DNA of 64,000 bases from Perkinsus chesapeaki ATCC PRA-425 (taxonomy: Eukaryota > Protista > Perkinsozoa), in the NCBI GenBank assembly GCA_013115145.1, contig JAAPAO010000115.1:8279-72278 (forward strand). The letters are read 5' to 3'. This document shows positions 12,179 through 24,897 of the stretch, one piece after another. The notes under the pieces were generated by a model. It was not told where the DNA came from and did not search any database. It worked only from the letters and a program-made list of their open reading frames with translations. Every line of letters starts with the position of its first letter. The first letter of the stretch is position 1. The position numbers and the translations under genes are program-made.

Positions 12179-13663
12179 TCAGAGGTTAATAATAACCAAC
12201 AACATCACGGCAAGTCCGGCGGCAACATTGTACTTGGCACCACCCGCAACACTCCGTTGTGCGATGCATTCTCGACCGCCTAGAGAACGAACAGCATTAG
12301 GAAGGACCGTCGGTTTAGTCAATGCCAATTCAACCGCTTTCGCTGCATTTAATTTACCGAAATTCTTAACCCTTCCACCAGTATAATAGTAAATGGGATC
12401 TACCGAAGCGAGCAGGACCTCCTTGATATCGGCAGGGCCGAGACCGAACCCGCTCAACAATGCAGCCACACCTGCCACGTGCGGGGTAGCCATTGACGTA
12501 CCAGAAATATAACGGTAACTATTATGTATATAAGTGCTGGGAATACCAACGCCTGGTGCGGCAATGCTGACGAATTCACCGTAGTTGCTCTCATAAGACA
12601 GCCTATCTCTGCCGTAGAAATCAGTAGCACCCACACAGAAAAGATACTCGACCGTTTCAGAGTATGCGCAAGGATAAGCCTTAGCATTGGTGATATCTCG
12701 ACGATCGTTACCGGCAGCAGTAAACATGAGATGACCGCGATCAGATGCTCTCTTCATTGATGCTTCAAGAGTTCGATAAGTAGCATCACTTGTGTAGGAA
12801 TGAGAGGATACTTCAACTCGCTGAGTTACGATATAGTTGACAGCTTTTAATGAGTAAAGGAGATCACCTTTGCCCATTTCATCGAATGCCCGCAATGACA
12901 TGATTTTAACAGGAGCAATGCCCGCCAGACCGACACTGTTATTGATAGTAGCACCGATAATCCCAGCACAATGCGTGCCGTGACCGTTCACGTCTCTGGT
13001 GTCGATGCCAGTTTCAAAGAAGTTGTGGCCATGGCTGCAGTTAGAGTCGGAGAAAGTGACATCAACCAGATCAACATGATCGTACTCAACACCGGTGTCA
13101 ACAACAGCAACCACAATTTCTCGAGGGGATCGACGAGCGGCATTAATCTTCTGCCAAGCTTCGGCCAAATGTATCTCATCGAGGTTCCATTGATTGAATA
13201 CAAGTTCATCATTGCTCAAGTCGTCAATATTCACTTCCGGCAATCCGACGGTCTCGGGTTCAATCCCACCCGATTGCACAATTTTCAATTCCCCATTTTC
13301 TTCGCATAGAACTTCATATTCTTCCCCCAACGATTCCAGCGCGCCACATAATTCCTCAACAGTCAACGGACAGCCTTCCGACGCAGTATCGATCCACTGC
13401 ACTCCGATAGCCAGCATATCTTTCACGTCGCTCAAGCACGCCTTCAACCCCTCGACCTCACCAAGAGCTCTTCGGCCTTCGGTGACAGGTAACAATTCGG
13501 GAACATCACGCACGTCGACCCAGTCACCTGGTGGACCTTCTGGAGGGACTGGGCCTTGATTGAGCCGTCGAGAAGTAAGAGATGAAATAGACAGTACAAC
13601 ACGGTCATCTCCAGTAACAGACATCAACACACCAACAGTAAGAATAGCCAAGCGGTAGAGCAT
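12179..13663 (-). CDS. Subtilisin-like serine protease (S8), tandem paralog, intronless
   Basis: VAVVDTGVE, HGTHCAG, GTSMATPHV; signal peptide; hydrophobic tail. Confidence 0.95.
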   Translation of the reverse strand: MLYRLAILTVGVLMSVTGDDRVVLSISSLTSRRLNQGPVPPEGPPGDWVDVRDVPELLPVTEGRRALGEVEGLKACLSDVKDMLAIGVQWIDTASEGCPLTVEELCGALESLGEEYEVLCEENGELKIVQSGGIEPETVGLPEVNIDDLSNDELVFNQWNLDEIHLAEAWQKINAARRSPREIVVAVVDTGVEYDHVDLVDVTFSDSNCSHGHNFFETGIDTRDVNGHGTHCAGIIGATINNSVGLAGIAPVKIMSLRAFDEMGKGDLLYSLKAVNYIVTQRVEVSSHSYTSDATYRTLEASMKRASDRGHLMFTAAGNDRRDITNAKAYPCAYSETVEYLFCVGATDFYGRDRLSYESNYGEFVSIAAPGVGIPSTYIHNSYRYISGTSMATPHVAGVAALLSGFGLGPADIKEVLLASVDPIYYYTGGRVKNFGKLNAAKAVELALTKPTVLPNAVRSLGGRECIAQRSVAGGAKYNVAAGLAVMLLVIINL

Positions 13664-13763
13664 TGCAGAGAGACTTCTACTACCAAAACCAGCACAGGTT
13701 CGATCCCCAGCTAATTGACGTTATCCACACCACATTGATCATTGAGGAAACGTGTGCTGTTGA

Positions 13764-16700
13764 CTATTGTTGGTATAGAAGCAGTCCAGTGTCTACGTGA
13801 ATGGACGAACAGTCGAGTGCATCAATCGCCTCAGCCAGAGCCTCATTCCGAGCAGCCGCTTCCGGATCTAAAAATAACATTACCAGGATTCGAACCCACG
13901 ACCTTTCTTACTAACATCCTCGTTGTCGTTCCTCTCCTCCAAACTGGCCCGAGCAACTTCATGCCTGAACCTCACTCTCATGTTAAGTGCTGCCTTCGCC
14001 ACCAACTCCATCATGGCCGTCTTGGTCGTCGGTGGATCCAAATAGTAAAGCCAAAACGATATAATACTCGCCTGTTGATTAACCGACGGTGCAATAACAC
14101 TCTTGGGGACCTAACAAAAACCACCACCATAATTTCCTGGCGCAGTGACTCTTCCTTCTCACCTCAGACAGCTTGATGACATGTTCCGAATGCAGCCTAT
14201 GTAACAACATCTGACATTCTTCCCGATCAATCATGCATCGCTCCGCTATCCTAATCGTCTCTGATTTGTACCCAGTTGTCAACAAGTATTGATAGACTCG
14301 AGCTCCCACTACACCGTACCTAATAATCGATCATCAGGGCGAGCGCTTTTTACAAATCCTCCTCCAATAGGCCTTCTTCTTACTTCTCGGTTAATATCGT
14401 ATGGGTGAGCTCCTCAGTAAGCTTCGCTAAGACATTCTTCCAGTCAACTCTGTACGTAGCCGGTCCGGTCTGAACCGTCGCTGTTGCCACCGATGCTGCT
14501 GATGAACGTTTCGACGACCCTCGCCGCTTCGGAGCCGCGGCCAACTGAGGAGGGAGGAAACGGTTATGAAACGGTTAGATCGATTATGTAACGAATGGCG
14601 AACGGTTGAAGTCTTCGGGAAAACTGGGCAACACTAAATCCACCGGAGAGATGCTTAGTGTTGATGTGTGTAATGCTAGGACTGAGCGGGTGTTATCAGA
14701 CTTTCTAATGGGGAGAATAAAACTGCGCGCCACGAAATTCTTACTGCAGCGGCAGCGGCTGCGTTTGTGCAGAGAACGAGGGCATCTTGATGCTTGCTGA
14801 AGACATTAAGATACTTGATGAGCTCATCACGTTGGCGATTCAGATGAGCTGACGCTGATGAACCTGCAAGACAGTATCCAAGCTCGAAGAATGCAAGATG
14901 CACATGAGGCCGCCATTACCGATCCCGGAAGAAGCCGGGGATGATGGTGATGATGATGGCGTCTCGTGATTATGCGTCATCCAATCCAACAAATCATCGA
15001 CTTGAAAAGTATCTAACACTCGAAAATGGCCAAACATGAATCGCTTCGCTCCGCCTCACCAGTAGTGCAATCAGTCAACTTTGTGTTTTCCACAGGTCCC
15101 ATTGGAGGCTTCACCGATTCGTTAAGCATAACCTACAACAACCACTCACGCAGGTTCGATCCCGGCACCCCGCACTTGGAATATTTTCCCTGCTGCTGGA
15201 TTCATTCTCTTAGCAACATACTCCACCGCCAGTTGCTTAACCAACATCATATCCAATGCCACTTGATTTAATCGCAACACCTGTATGGAAAATAATACTC
15301 TTACTGGACAACAGATGTGAGCCTCTCGAAATGCTGTTGAAGGTAATAATATAACTCTATCTATTAATCTCTTCAATAACACATTGCTCTATCGCCGAGC
15401 ACGAATGGAAATATGGAAATGCAGTGAGAACCTCCACAAGAAGAAGAAGAAAGCTATACCATTTAAAACTGCCGTATACCATTTATACAGCCGATGGTGT
15501 ACTGCTGTATGAGCCCCCAAACCCCTTCCCCCTTACCCCTCCTCCTTCGATCTGCGTGGCATCAACTTTCTTCATAAGTCGTCTACTTCTCCCTGTCTGC
15601 CTACCTCTATTCCCTCGGCTACCACCAGCGGCATCGGCAGCGGCTCTCTTGCGAGATCCGGCCTCGGCCTAAAGCAGGACATCATACAGGAGCAGTTATT
15701 ATCAAGCATGATGAGAAATAATGCAAACCGATCAGTGTTATACGGAGAATCAAACGACGTATTTACTATTTCTTGTAACTATCGGAGCATGTTCTCTTAA
15801 AGAGTTCCCAGCATCCGCATTTGCGACATCTCACGTATAGAACGGGGCTCAGCGCGGAGCAGTCCTGCCGCAAGACAGGACTCCACACATTAATATAATG
15901 GTTACACTTCTCCATCAAACGAGCCAATGTGAAACCTACCTTGGCTGCAGTGGCTTTCCTTCTTCTAGTTGTCGGAGCTGCTGCTGCCTCACCCGGCTGC
16001 TGTTCACCGGCTAACAACGCCAACTCCGGAGACATCATTAACAGGTCATCAGCGGCGTCGATATCTGATATTATAAATATAAGTGTATTCCTGCTGTTCT
16101 ATCTTTTGTCATGCATTGTAGTGCATCTGAAGATATGTTTAATTTCGCGGCTATCGAAAAGATGATATCGAATATATACTTGATAATAAGGTGGTCGTAT
16201 TATTATTAATTATAATCATTGTCAATTCTAAATCAACAGCAGCAACAACACAGCAGAGGCAGGGGTTATGTACCCTGATCGCCCTGCAACACTGAGCCGT
16301 AGTTGTCTTCGTGACACTCGGAATGACTCAAAGCTCCTCTCAGAGTGTTCTCTCGGGACATCGATGAACTTCGGTTACATTTCTTGTATTAACTGGATTT
16401 CCCTTCATCATTCATTCTAGTGACATTACACTGCCTATCAGCACTTCCCAGCAGTTACACATTCAACGGAGCAATTGCTCATTAGAGGCGAATTCGTACA
16501 CAATAACCATCCAAAGATATTAGCGGCGCGCGACTTTCCAGAGCATGGGGGGGGAGGAGCTCATCTTCGAATGCTCGAGAAAGCTTTTTATCGAAAATCT
16601 TGAAACGGTTACTCAAGCGTATTGACGTTCGATGGTCTATCAGAAGCTGGGACTTTTCTGGACCAAACCGAAACACTGGGAGAGTAAAATTGCAAAGTAG

Positions 16701-18632
16701 ATTTCATCGTCGATGTAGAACATTACGTCACGAGCAACTGATGATGCCTTACCTTCCTCAGCTCCTCCTCCAATATCCGGTATCATCGGACTTTCCTCCT
16801 CCGGTGATGACAGTTCACCTCTACTGCCTTCTGGCGTGCTGCTAGCCTCTACTGGTGTTGAAGGAGCTCTTGATGACTGCTGCTGCTGTTGTTGATCTGT
16901 GGCACGTAAACAAGGCTCGACTCTGTAAAGGACCTGAAAGAACATGCATCATCCTTAGACGCTTTGAGCTAGTAAAACTAAGAACCGCTATGATACCAAA
17001 CAGGAAATGATGCTTGAATATTGCAGCAAGCAGCCACAAGCAGTGGTCGCCAATTCCACCGGTCTCATAGCTACATCGCCCCGGGCTCCATCTCAAATCA
17101 ATCATTTCAAAGTCGATTATTCAACTTCAATCAGCTTGCCCAACAAACGCGAACTCACTGTTTGAGATAACCGAGATTGCAGCACCACGCATGTGCTGAA
17201 TTAAGTCAATGTATATGAAGCCCGTTGGTTCATGTCAATAATCCCGCGCGCCACGATATTCTACGCCATCCAACGTGCGAAATGAATCAACACCGTACGG
17301 CTAAGCATGACTCACATTGCTGGTGACCAACTCGATGAGAGCTGCTTCGACATCAGCCTTGACTTCTCTCATAGGGGGGGCGTGCTCTCCGACATATTCT
17401 ATAAAATAGCCATCATAACACCAGGGCACGAGAGCTACCTCGCCATCGAAGAGCTGCAAATTCGATCAAGTCATCCCATCCCACACGCCCCCGTCGGAGG
17501 ACCTATCCAATGAAGCACATGACGGCGACAGAAGGGGCGGCGCACTTTAGCTAAATGATAATTCATGTAACAGAAGCGCATAACAGATGTAGTGTATGTC
17601 TTATGACCAAGGGCTCGGAAGGAATCCATCAAATCAACAGAAAAGAACGACGAGGAGAGGCGAGCGGTAAGGATTCGTTCACGGTCGGAGTCGACGATTT
17701 CACTTGCTGCTGCTTGCGGGCTTCAACATCACTCGTGATCAACTCACCTCCGCCATGACATGAACTGCCACTGGCCGTCGGCGGCCCATCTGTTCTTGGA
17801 CGAGATTCATATACTTCGGAAAACGCATACGAGCAACAACGGCACTTGGAGAGGCGCTATACAACACCTACACAGGAGGATCGGGCTGGCGACTTGTGGA
17901 TGATTTACCAAATGCTGCGGAGGTGCTCCTGATTTCTCTTGGCTGGGAACTTGGACTTGCTTCACCAAATGTGATACTGCGATATTGTGCTGGATAAGGA
18001 TCATGAGAGCATCACGAATGCACGACCAAGTCATCCTGTCTGAAAAGGTAACACATTACTGTTGGCGAGGGAGGATGCGATATTGTCGATAATGGATGGT
18101 AAATCGGCATGGATACTCCCCCCTGGCGAAAGCAATAATAATAGCGGCCCCCGAATCCACAGAACTTTCTTCAAATCTACCATGGGGAGTTTATAAATCT
18201 ATCTCAAACCTCCTTGTTAATCTTCAAACATTCTACAACAGCAAGGATGCCAAAATTAAGTGTCCAAAAATAGCAATGTTAACTATTGAGCTTATCTTCA
18301 TCATCATTCCCAATGAACTCACTTGTGATCTCATGCATCGGATGGGGTACCTTAGCATCAGTCCGTAGATCTAGTGGCCAACTCAGATCTTCATTAACGT
18401 ATTTGCTCAGTTCGGGGAACCTTAAACACAACTGAAATAACATCGACCAAGTTACTCCTCACCTCATCGGCCCTCTGGAAAGCAGGCAGCTGGCCACTGC
18501 CGACACCGCTGGCCCAAACTGGTCCGTAATAATATCACAGCAGAGCTTGTGGATGGCTGCCTGAGGCGCCTCGATCGCCGGGGCATTGAAAGGGGGCGGC
18601 CGGGATGTTGGGGCGGATGACGAGCCAACCAT
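13764..18632 (-). CDS. POLR3C: RNA polymerase III subunit RPC3 (RPC62/RPC82), many short introns
   Basis: N-terminal IITDQFGPAVSAVASCLLSRG and IRDALMILIQHNI (HTH_9-like), AAGKIFQVML, C-terminal ...LDCSSIHVDTGLLLYQQ*. Several junctions splice in frame. Confidence 0.8.
13868..13911 (-). other. 44-nt intron containing tRNA-3'-half/B-box (sense)
   Basis: GTAAGAAAGGTCGTGGGTTCGAATCCTGGTAATGTTATTTTTAG; removal gives in-frame EDV-N-PEAAA. Confidence 0.8.
14705..14744 (-). other. 40-nt intron containing AATTTCGTGGCGCG motif
   Basis: GTAAGAATTTCGTGGCGCGCAGTTTTATTCTCCCCATTAG. Confidence 0.7.
15013..15059 (-). other. 47-nt intron containing GCGGAGCGAAGCG motif
   Basis: GTGAGGCGGAGCGAAGCGATTCATGTTTGGCCATTTTCGAGTGTTAG; in-frame TT-D-TFQ junction. 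Confidence 0.8.
15133..15175 (-). other. 43-nt intron containing B-box in antisense
   Basis: Plus strand reads GCAGGTTCGATCCCGGCACCCCGC; junction KIFQ|VMLN is in frame. Confidence 0.75.
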
Positions 18633-18647
18633 AAGGAGGGAGAAAAA

Positions 18648-18720
18648 GCCAAGCCTGGGGTTCGAACCCACGACCGATCGGTCCCGAACACAACACCTTA
18701 CCCAGTTAAAAAGGCTTAAC
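18648..18720 (-). pseudogene. Degenerate tRNA-like element just upstream of the POLR3C start codon
   Basis: 73 nt with outer stem GTTAAGCCT/AGGCTTGGC, D-loop-like AACTGGGTAAGG, loop TTCGGGA and GGTCGTGGGTTCGAACCCC. The anticodon stem does not pair. Confidence 0.6.
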
Positions 18721-18748
18721 AATAATATATTAGAACTGTTATACTCCT

Positions 18749-21700
18749 TCACTCGAGGATGTCAAGAGCTGCCATAATCTCGGTAAGGTATTCCGGATAG
18801 TGATCATGTCTCTGTACCAGTTTACCGAGGTCAGCATTCTCAACGCCGGAGATCCCCCGTACTGGACTCAGCCCGGCCACTTTAACGCCCCACTCCATGT
18901 AGCGATAAAGGAAGCCAAGCACCCAGTCACTTCCACAGTAACCATTGATGAATCTTCCGGACACTACTGCTCGAGCTCTGAAAGGGGTAAGTGGGAAGAG
19001 GCAGTCGTTGAGTCGTTGAATCTCAAATTCTACTAAGTAATACCCTCAAAAGTAACAGCCACAAAAACTTCATATGCTGAAGTGATTGGGATTCATTACA
19101 TCCCCTCATAAGGACCAGTTCACGAGTAGGGAGTGAGAAGGTAGACGATCGTTTGCCAGTCGTGGTATCAGCGGCGAGCTCACCTTCGCCAAGCTCTTTT
19201 GTGGTCGGAACCGACGGCAGGAGCATCGAATGTGATTGCTATCGGAGCTCCTAGCAGAACAACGTTCTGAACACTATTGAAATATCCTTTACTGTATCTG
19301 AAGGAAAGGGTATCTTAGGTTCAAGCAGGTAAGATCTCAATACGGTAAGGTTACGGACTTACAGAATCTCTAAACACTTGAACACAACTCGTGCCCCATT
19401 GCTAATGCCCACCAAAGTGACAGGGCGATTCCCCACGCAACTCGAGTCCATGATAGCAGATGCCAGCACTTCTCCAGCAACCGACGACCGATCACGTACA
19501 ACCTAAAAATGTACTTGCATAGATTCGAACCAGGGACCTTTCGCTTACCAGCCAGGTGTTATCCAGATCCGTCATGTATTTAATGATCCACACCGGGAAC
19601 ATTGCAGTTGCTGCTGCTGCGCCTATCGTCGCTTGTAGCCACATGCTCGCCGCCTGTTTCGCTATTTCATCAGTTATCAATCTACGAAGGACCTGGACAT
19701 GTTAAGGTGGACATGGTATATCAAAAGGCAGCACTTTAGCAATACTCAACGGTACTGTACTACTTATCAACATTTTTACTACTAAAGACACATTTTACCA
19801 CGACTTCCCGCCGCCACCGCCCTCGAAAGCATATTATTTCGAACACTAAGCTCTCCAGTCTCTGCTCCCGGTGACATCAGCACCTCCATAAATGTTGACA
19901 AAATAATCGCATTATTATCTTCCCCGCTCCCTTACACTGCCGAGCTTTATCAAATCACGACTTTCCCAATTAACAGCGTACACTTCACTCTGTCTGGTAG
20001 GATGACCATTAAATCGATTAAGATTGTCGCCTCCCTCATTCTCATGGCTGGAGATATCTGGTTCGATCCACGGTAAGATTACATCTTCCCTGTCTCGAAT
20101 CCATCTGAAGTACAAAAATATAGAAACATGAAACGCTTCGCTCCGCCTACCCTCCCACACAAAGTCGCAGCTCCAAAGCACCAGGATCATCAGCCTGTTG
20201 TCTATCATTCGCGGCCGGATCACTTTCATTAAATCGTCTCCCCCAAGAATCGAACGCACGGCCTTTTGATTTCAAGATTGCACTTTCAGCATAGGCGTCT
20301 TTAAATTCAAACTCGTGGAGATCCCCCCACCGCTTGTTCATCTTGAAACCCGTGAGACTTGCCCCACCAGCACCGAACAGCACAGCAACACCGGCAGTTC
20401 CGACTGCGGCCAGAAAACCACTGGCCGATATTATCAGCCCACCGACAGCTACACCAATCGTACCAAGGCCTCCTATAGCGGTGCCGATGCTCGCCAGACC
20501 TGGGTGAAATCATTATCGTATTTGGAGAGGACGGGTCAGATTAAGGTAAAGAGTAATTATTATCGCAAAGCTAATATAATAAGATATAAAAGAATAGCAA
20601 CGCGGGACGGACTTCCTACCAGCCACTACAGCTGGCGCTGCTAGTCCTCCTGTTAGAGCTAGTAACGCTCCTCCTCCCACCGCTGCAGCACCGATTTTCA
20701 ACCGCCTAGATAGGCGGGACCTGCAAAAGTACTGTACAATCAGATTCCTGCTACTCATTAAGGTCATTCATGCGTGGTACACGGATACGCTATCAGAAAT
20801 AATACTACCAAAGCTGGTTTGGGAAATAATTGAAACCATCAACTTTGTTGAATTTAATTGAGCGAAATACTTCCAGAAAGAATCTCATAAAGCGGTAGAT
20901 TTTTAATGCGCCTTCTATGAGTGAGAATGTCGACATACTTCACACGGCGCGTCGAGTTCTTACTGTTTGTTTTCTATCTTACTAACATATATCAGTTCAA
21001 TTCCCTAAAGTGGTCGTCGATTATATTTCATCACCGATAAACAAATTACTTATATCTCTGAAGTGAGCGTCAAAAGATCAACAACTCCGGCTGAGATTTT
21101 GAGAAGCTTCCTGGAAATTGAGGGCTTTTTACTGACCTTCAAACTGGGGTCAGTTCGGCGACTCTGGAAGTAAAGACGAAAAGCGATTCCATGTGCAAGC
21201 TGCACTGTGGAGTTCAGCATTGAACTAAGTTTAAGTGTCACGATTTCGGTTTAGAATTGCCCAAATCCTCCTTCTTCAAAATATATCGTTATTAACTGTG
21301 AACTCTAGTGTGGAGGTGTTCGGAGTACTAACACTTGCACTACTACACCTTAGTAACTACACGGTGTCTCGGAAAGGATGAGACTTTCTGAACAACCCAT
21401 TAATGAGGCGAATATTTCGGCGACACGTGTGGCGTTCAAAAGCTCTTAAGAGTGACTTCCTAATAGTGTTCGATCGAACATCGCCAATGGCGAGAGATCC
21501 AGATTTTAATACTCCGAAGAATGGGTTATAATGGAAGATGTGAGACTGAGCCGTTTAATTATAGTGAGATTGGTACTGTAGTGTTGAATCAGTTCCGGCG
21601 GCGGCGGCGGTCCCAGAAACTTTGAGACACAAGAGACATCCTCTCTCACAATTTCAGCAAAAGTTGTGCGCAACCCAAAAAGTAAGTTGTAGTCCACATT

Positions 21701-24700
21701 TAACACTCATACCCATGCTACAGGGTGTTGCAAAGAGAATGGCTCACCGTCTGGGATTTGCTAACCCATGCGAATTTATTGGTAACACGGGTACCAATCG
21801 AAGGCTCTCGCCAAGGTCTTTCTACAGAGAAATGTGCTACATTTGGAATGTCACTATTTTTCGTTGTCTAAGGAGTCAAGTGAACCAGATGCAACATAGT
21901 TCCAGGATTTCAGGTGAATGTCAAGAAACTCCTTAAAGATCGGGAAAAGTGGAGAGAAAGGCAAGCTCGTGTGTTTCTTCTCTCGAAACACCTCTCCACT
22001 GTCCTGGCACGCCCTTCGAGGCCCTCGGCAATCACATCTTCTCACCTCAAGTAGTTTTGAACTACGCTGAAATTACAATATGCGGTGAGAACAGTCACTG
22101 TTCGCCCCCGAGCACAACGATTTCAATATCGGCACAAACTGCGTAAGTAAGCTCTCCTCTTTGAAGACGACGTATTAGCCCTATTATTGCCTACCCGCTG
22201 CTAGCCTTAACATGATCTACTCCGGGTTGTTGTTGTAGTCTACTCTCCTTTCTCTCTCCATCGGCCTGTTCACTTTTCCTTACCGCTTCAATTAATTCCA
22301 AACCAACATCACATTCCCATGCTTCAATGACATCAGATGGAAGCCCAAAGAGTTCCGCAAAATGGAATAGAACACATCTCGTCCCTGAAATAGAGTGACG
22401 TCCATAAAAATGGAAGACATTAATCGATCATGAGGATGATATAATTCACATTGTTATACTTTATAAAACTCCTAATCTCCACAACAATTCGAGTTGAATA
22501 ATTATTAATAAGCCAAATAAGTTTTAACCATCATTAAATTAATTGCTCAGCTTACAATTAATAATGCATGAGTCTAAAGTTCCACAGTTGAGCCCGAATC
22601 TTTTCGATAGCATTCCTAATATCTTACGACTGTTGTATAAATGCTGCTGCGTCGCTCCGCCTTTTTTCGATTTCTTCTTTCCATTTTTATTTTTCTGCTT
22701 TTCTCCATCATTTTCTGATTCGTCCAATCCTCCTCCCAGAAGGTTCAACGTAAGGTCACGCAATACTAAAGATACCTGATTAGTTTCGTGGCGCGCGGTC
22801 ATTATCTCGCTTAACCTGCTCACTCACCCTCGACTTCCCTCCAAGTGACATCAAATGTGCCACAAACCCCTCGTACTGAGGAGGTGGTGATCGCCATTGC
22901 AACTGAAAATGGTGAACCAAAATCGCTTCGCTCCGCTAAGGTTATCCACGCACCCCTCCAGGCAGATTCATTTCCAGTAGTTGCGTCAACGCTCTTCGAC
23001 AAGGCTCATCGGCATCCAATATATTCAGAACAACCTGGAGAGTATCTTAAGGTTGAGCGGGGAAGATACGCAAAACGTCAACCTCACTTCTAAAGATCTT
23101 CTTGCCCATTGAACTATTGCCTTTCCAACCTTGGAGCCTCGGTATTTATGTCTTCCCCAAGATAATGATGGGGATGATCCGTTCGATGATGAGCCAGCAG
23201 TCCGAGTCGTTTCCTGAGCTTTGATCACATTTATTAAGGCATAGTGCCTTTGAAGAGCAAGCATGTCGAATAATATACATAGAATCCATTTATCATGAAC
23301 CGAAACGGACAAGATGATGATGATGACATCATCAACCTACACAATAATGTGATGCGGTTCATGAAACCGAAGAACCCGAACTCCTCACAGAAGGTTCGGT
23401 GACATTCTAACGTTTATCGACCATCAGGAATGACCGAGAGACCATCTAACATTATTTCTAACCAAGTGTACAATTCTTCACCTTCAACCGGCATGTGGTA
23501 GATGATGAGCTCATTATCACTACCACAAATACAGCAGCCGATGAGTTCTAACTCGTAACCCATCAATCAGCCGTTCCTACATGTTTGGTATGGAGCAAGA
23601 TTCTGCCGCACGGTACAGAGCTACCAAACAACAATCTTATATTGGTATTTTTGCGAAACTAACTAATTCGGAGCGCTTTCTTATGGCGGGATTATTCAAA
23701 GCCAGCAGCGCCATGAAGCATCATTGGAGTAATAATCAACTATTCAGCGGAGTGTTCCTACTCCAGTACTCCAAAATACGCATTCGCGACAAGTAGTGAA
23801 ATGCTACATTTGTCGATGGGCAGGAAGTTGACCTATTTTGTATCTTATTACATCTCCTATATCATCATCATCATCACTTTCATCACTTCCTTTACATTCC
23901 GTCCAATCAATCAGCCATCCTCTTGTCAAGTCGCTGACAATACATACCCATATACCCCCCAAACTCATCTTCATCTGATCAAGATTTAACGGAAATGTGG
24001 TATTATTTCAAACACGTCACCTTATTACATCACTTGAAAGCTCCCTCAGCATCTTGTTCCCCTCAAACGGTGTACTTTCATTTATCGATTTTGCTTCTTT
24101 GATAGCATCAACTCTGTTAGCCTTCAAGTCACGATATCTATTCGAAACATATATCACATTCCTTTTGGGGACAAATTAAAAAACAAAAAGGAATACGATA
24201 CAGTGAATCATAACTTCGCGAGTTATTCACAAATTTCGTCGGGTTGCTCCGGGTACGGTAATTCAAGACATAAAAAGATCTCATTTTGACGACGACGACG
24301 CTTGAGAATGTAACCAGAACTCTAAGAGCTTCATACTATCAAATGTCATTAATTAATCCTATCTGCAGATCCAGATCGAACTCGACAGTTCCAAGGCACG
24401 CACTTGGTGTTAGCGAATGCTCCGCTCGCTCCACAATGCACCATTAACCTTTATCAATACGTATTCCAATCTATTACTTTTTTCTTGCTTCCTTAACGGC
24501 TATCTTGTGTGCCGATTCTGTCTCTTGTCGATTATTAGACGACACAACCGCCTCATTGCTCGACGATGTACCATATTCGTTCAATTTAGAGGTATCCCCC
24601 AATTTCGTATCCTGTAGAGGAAGGATCGGTATGAGTCCCTGCGTGATAGCGTACCTTCTCTTCCGCTCTACATTCGTCTTTTTCATCAACGCTCTCAAAT

Positions 24701-24789
24701 TCAATTAATTGGGCATCTAAAATGCCCCCGCTGGGATTCGAACCTGCGGCCTCCTCCTTTTGCCATGGATTACTTTCACCTCGACTCAT
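18749..24789 (-). CDS. DUF726/TMCO4-like alpha/beta-hydrolase-fold membrane protein, multi-exon; exons upstream of ~20770 could belong to a separate gene
   Basis: GAAAVGGGALLALTGGLAAPAV, LFGAGGASLTGFKMNKRWG, DNTWL|VVRDRS..GNRPVTLVGISNGARVVFKCL, GRFINGYCGSDWVLGFLYR...VENADLGKLV. Candidate start MSR|DAQLIEF at 24789. Confidence 0.8.
19503..19548 (-). other. 46-nt intron containing tRNA-3'-half/B-box (sense)
   Basis: GTAAGCGAAAGGTCCCTGGTTCGAATCTATGCAAGTACATTTTTAG; splicing restores DNTWL|VVRDR. Confidence 0.8.
20105..20150 (-). other. 46-nt intron containing GCGGAGCGAAGCG motif
   Basis: GTAGGCGGAGCGAAGCGTTTCATGTTTCTATATTTTTGTACTTCAG. Confidence 0.75.
24717..24779 (-). other. 63-nt first intron containing tRNA-3'-half/B-box (sense)
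   Basis: GTGAAAG...GGAGGCCGCAGGTTCGAATCCCAGCGGGGGCATTTTAG. Confidence 0.65.
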
Positions 24790-24897
24790 CGCAACCAAGT
24801 AAACAACATACAATCAAAAACACTAAATGCCCTCCAAATACTGTACTAAAACACCGCGCGCCACGAAATTAGAGACGTTCTTATCATCATTGTTCCT

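Noticed and set aside
22651-22670. GGCGGAGCGAC as a GCGGAGCGAAGCG motif copy
   Set aside because: Lies in a coding frame (KKGGATQQ).
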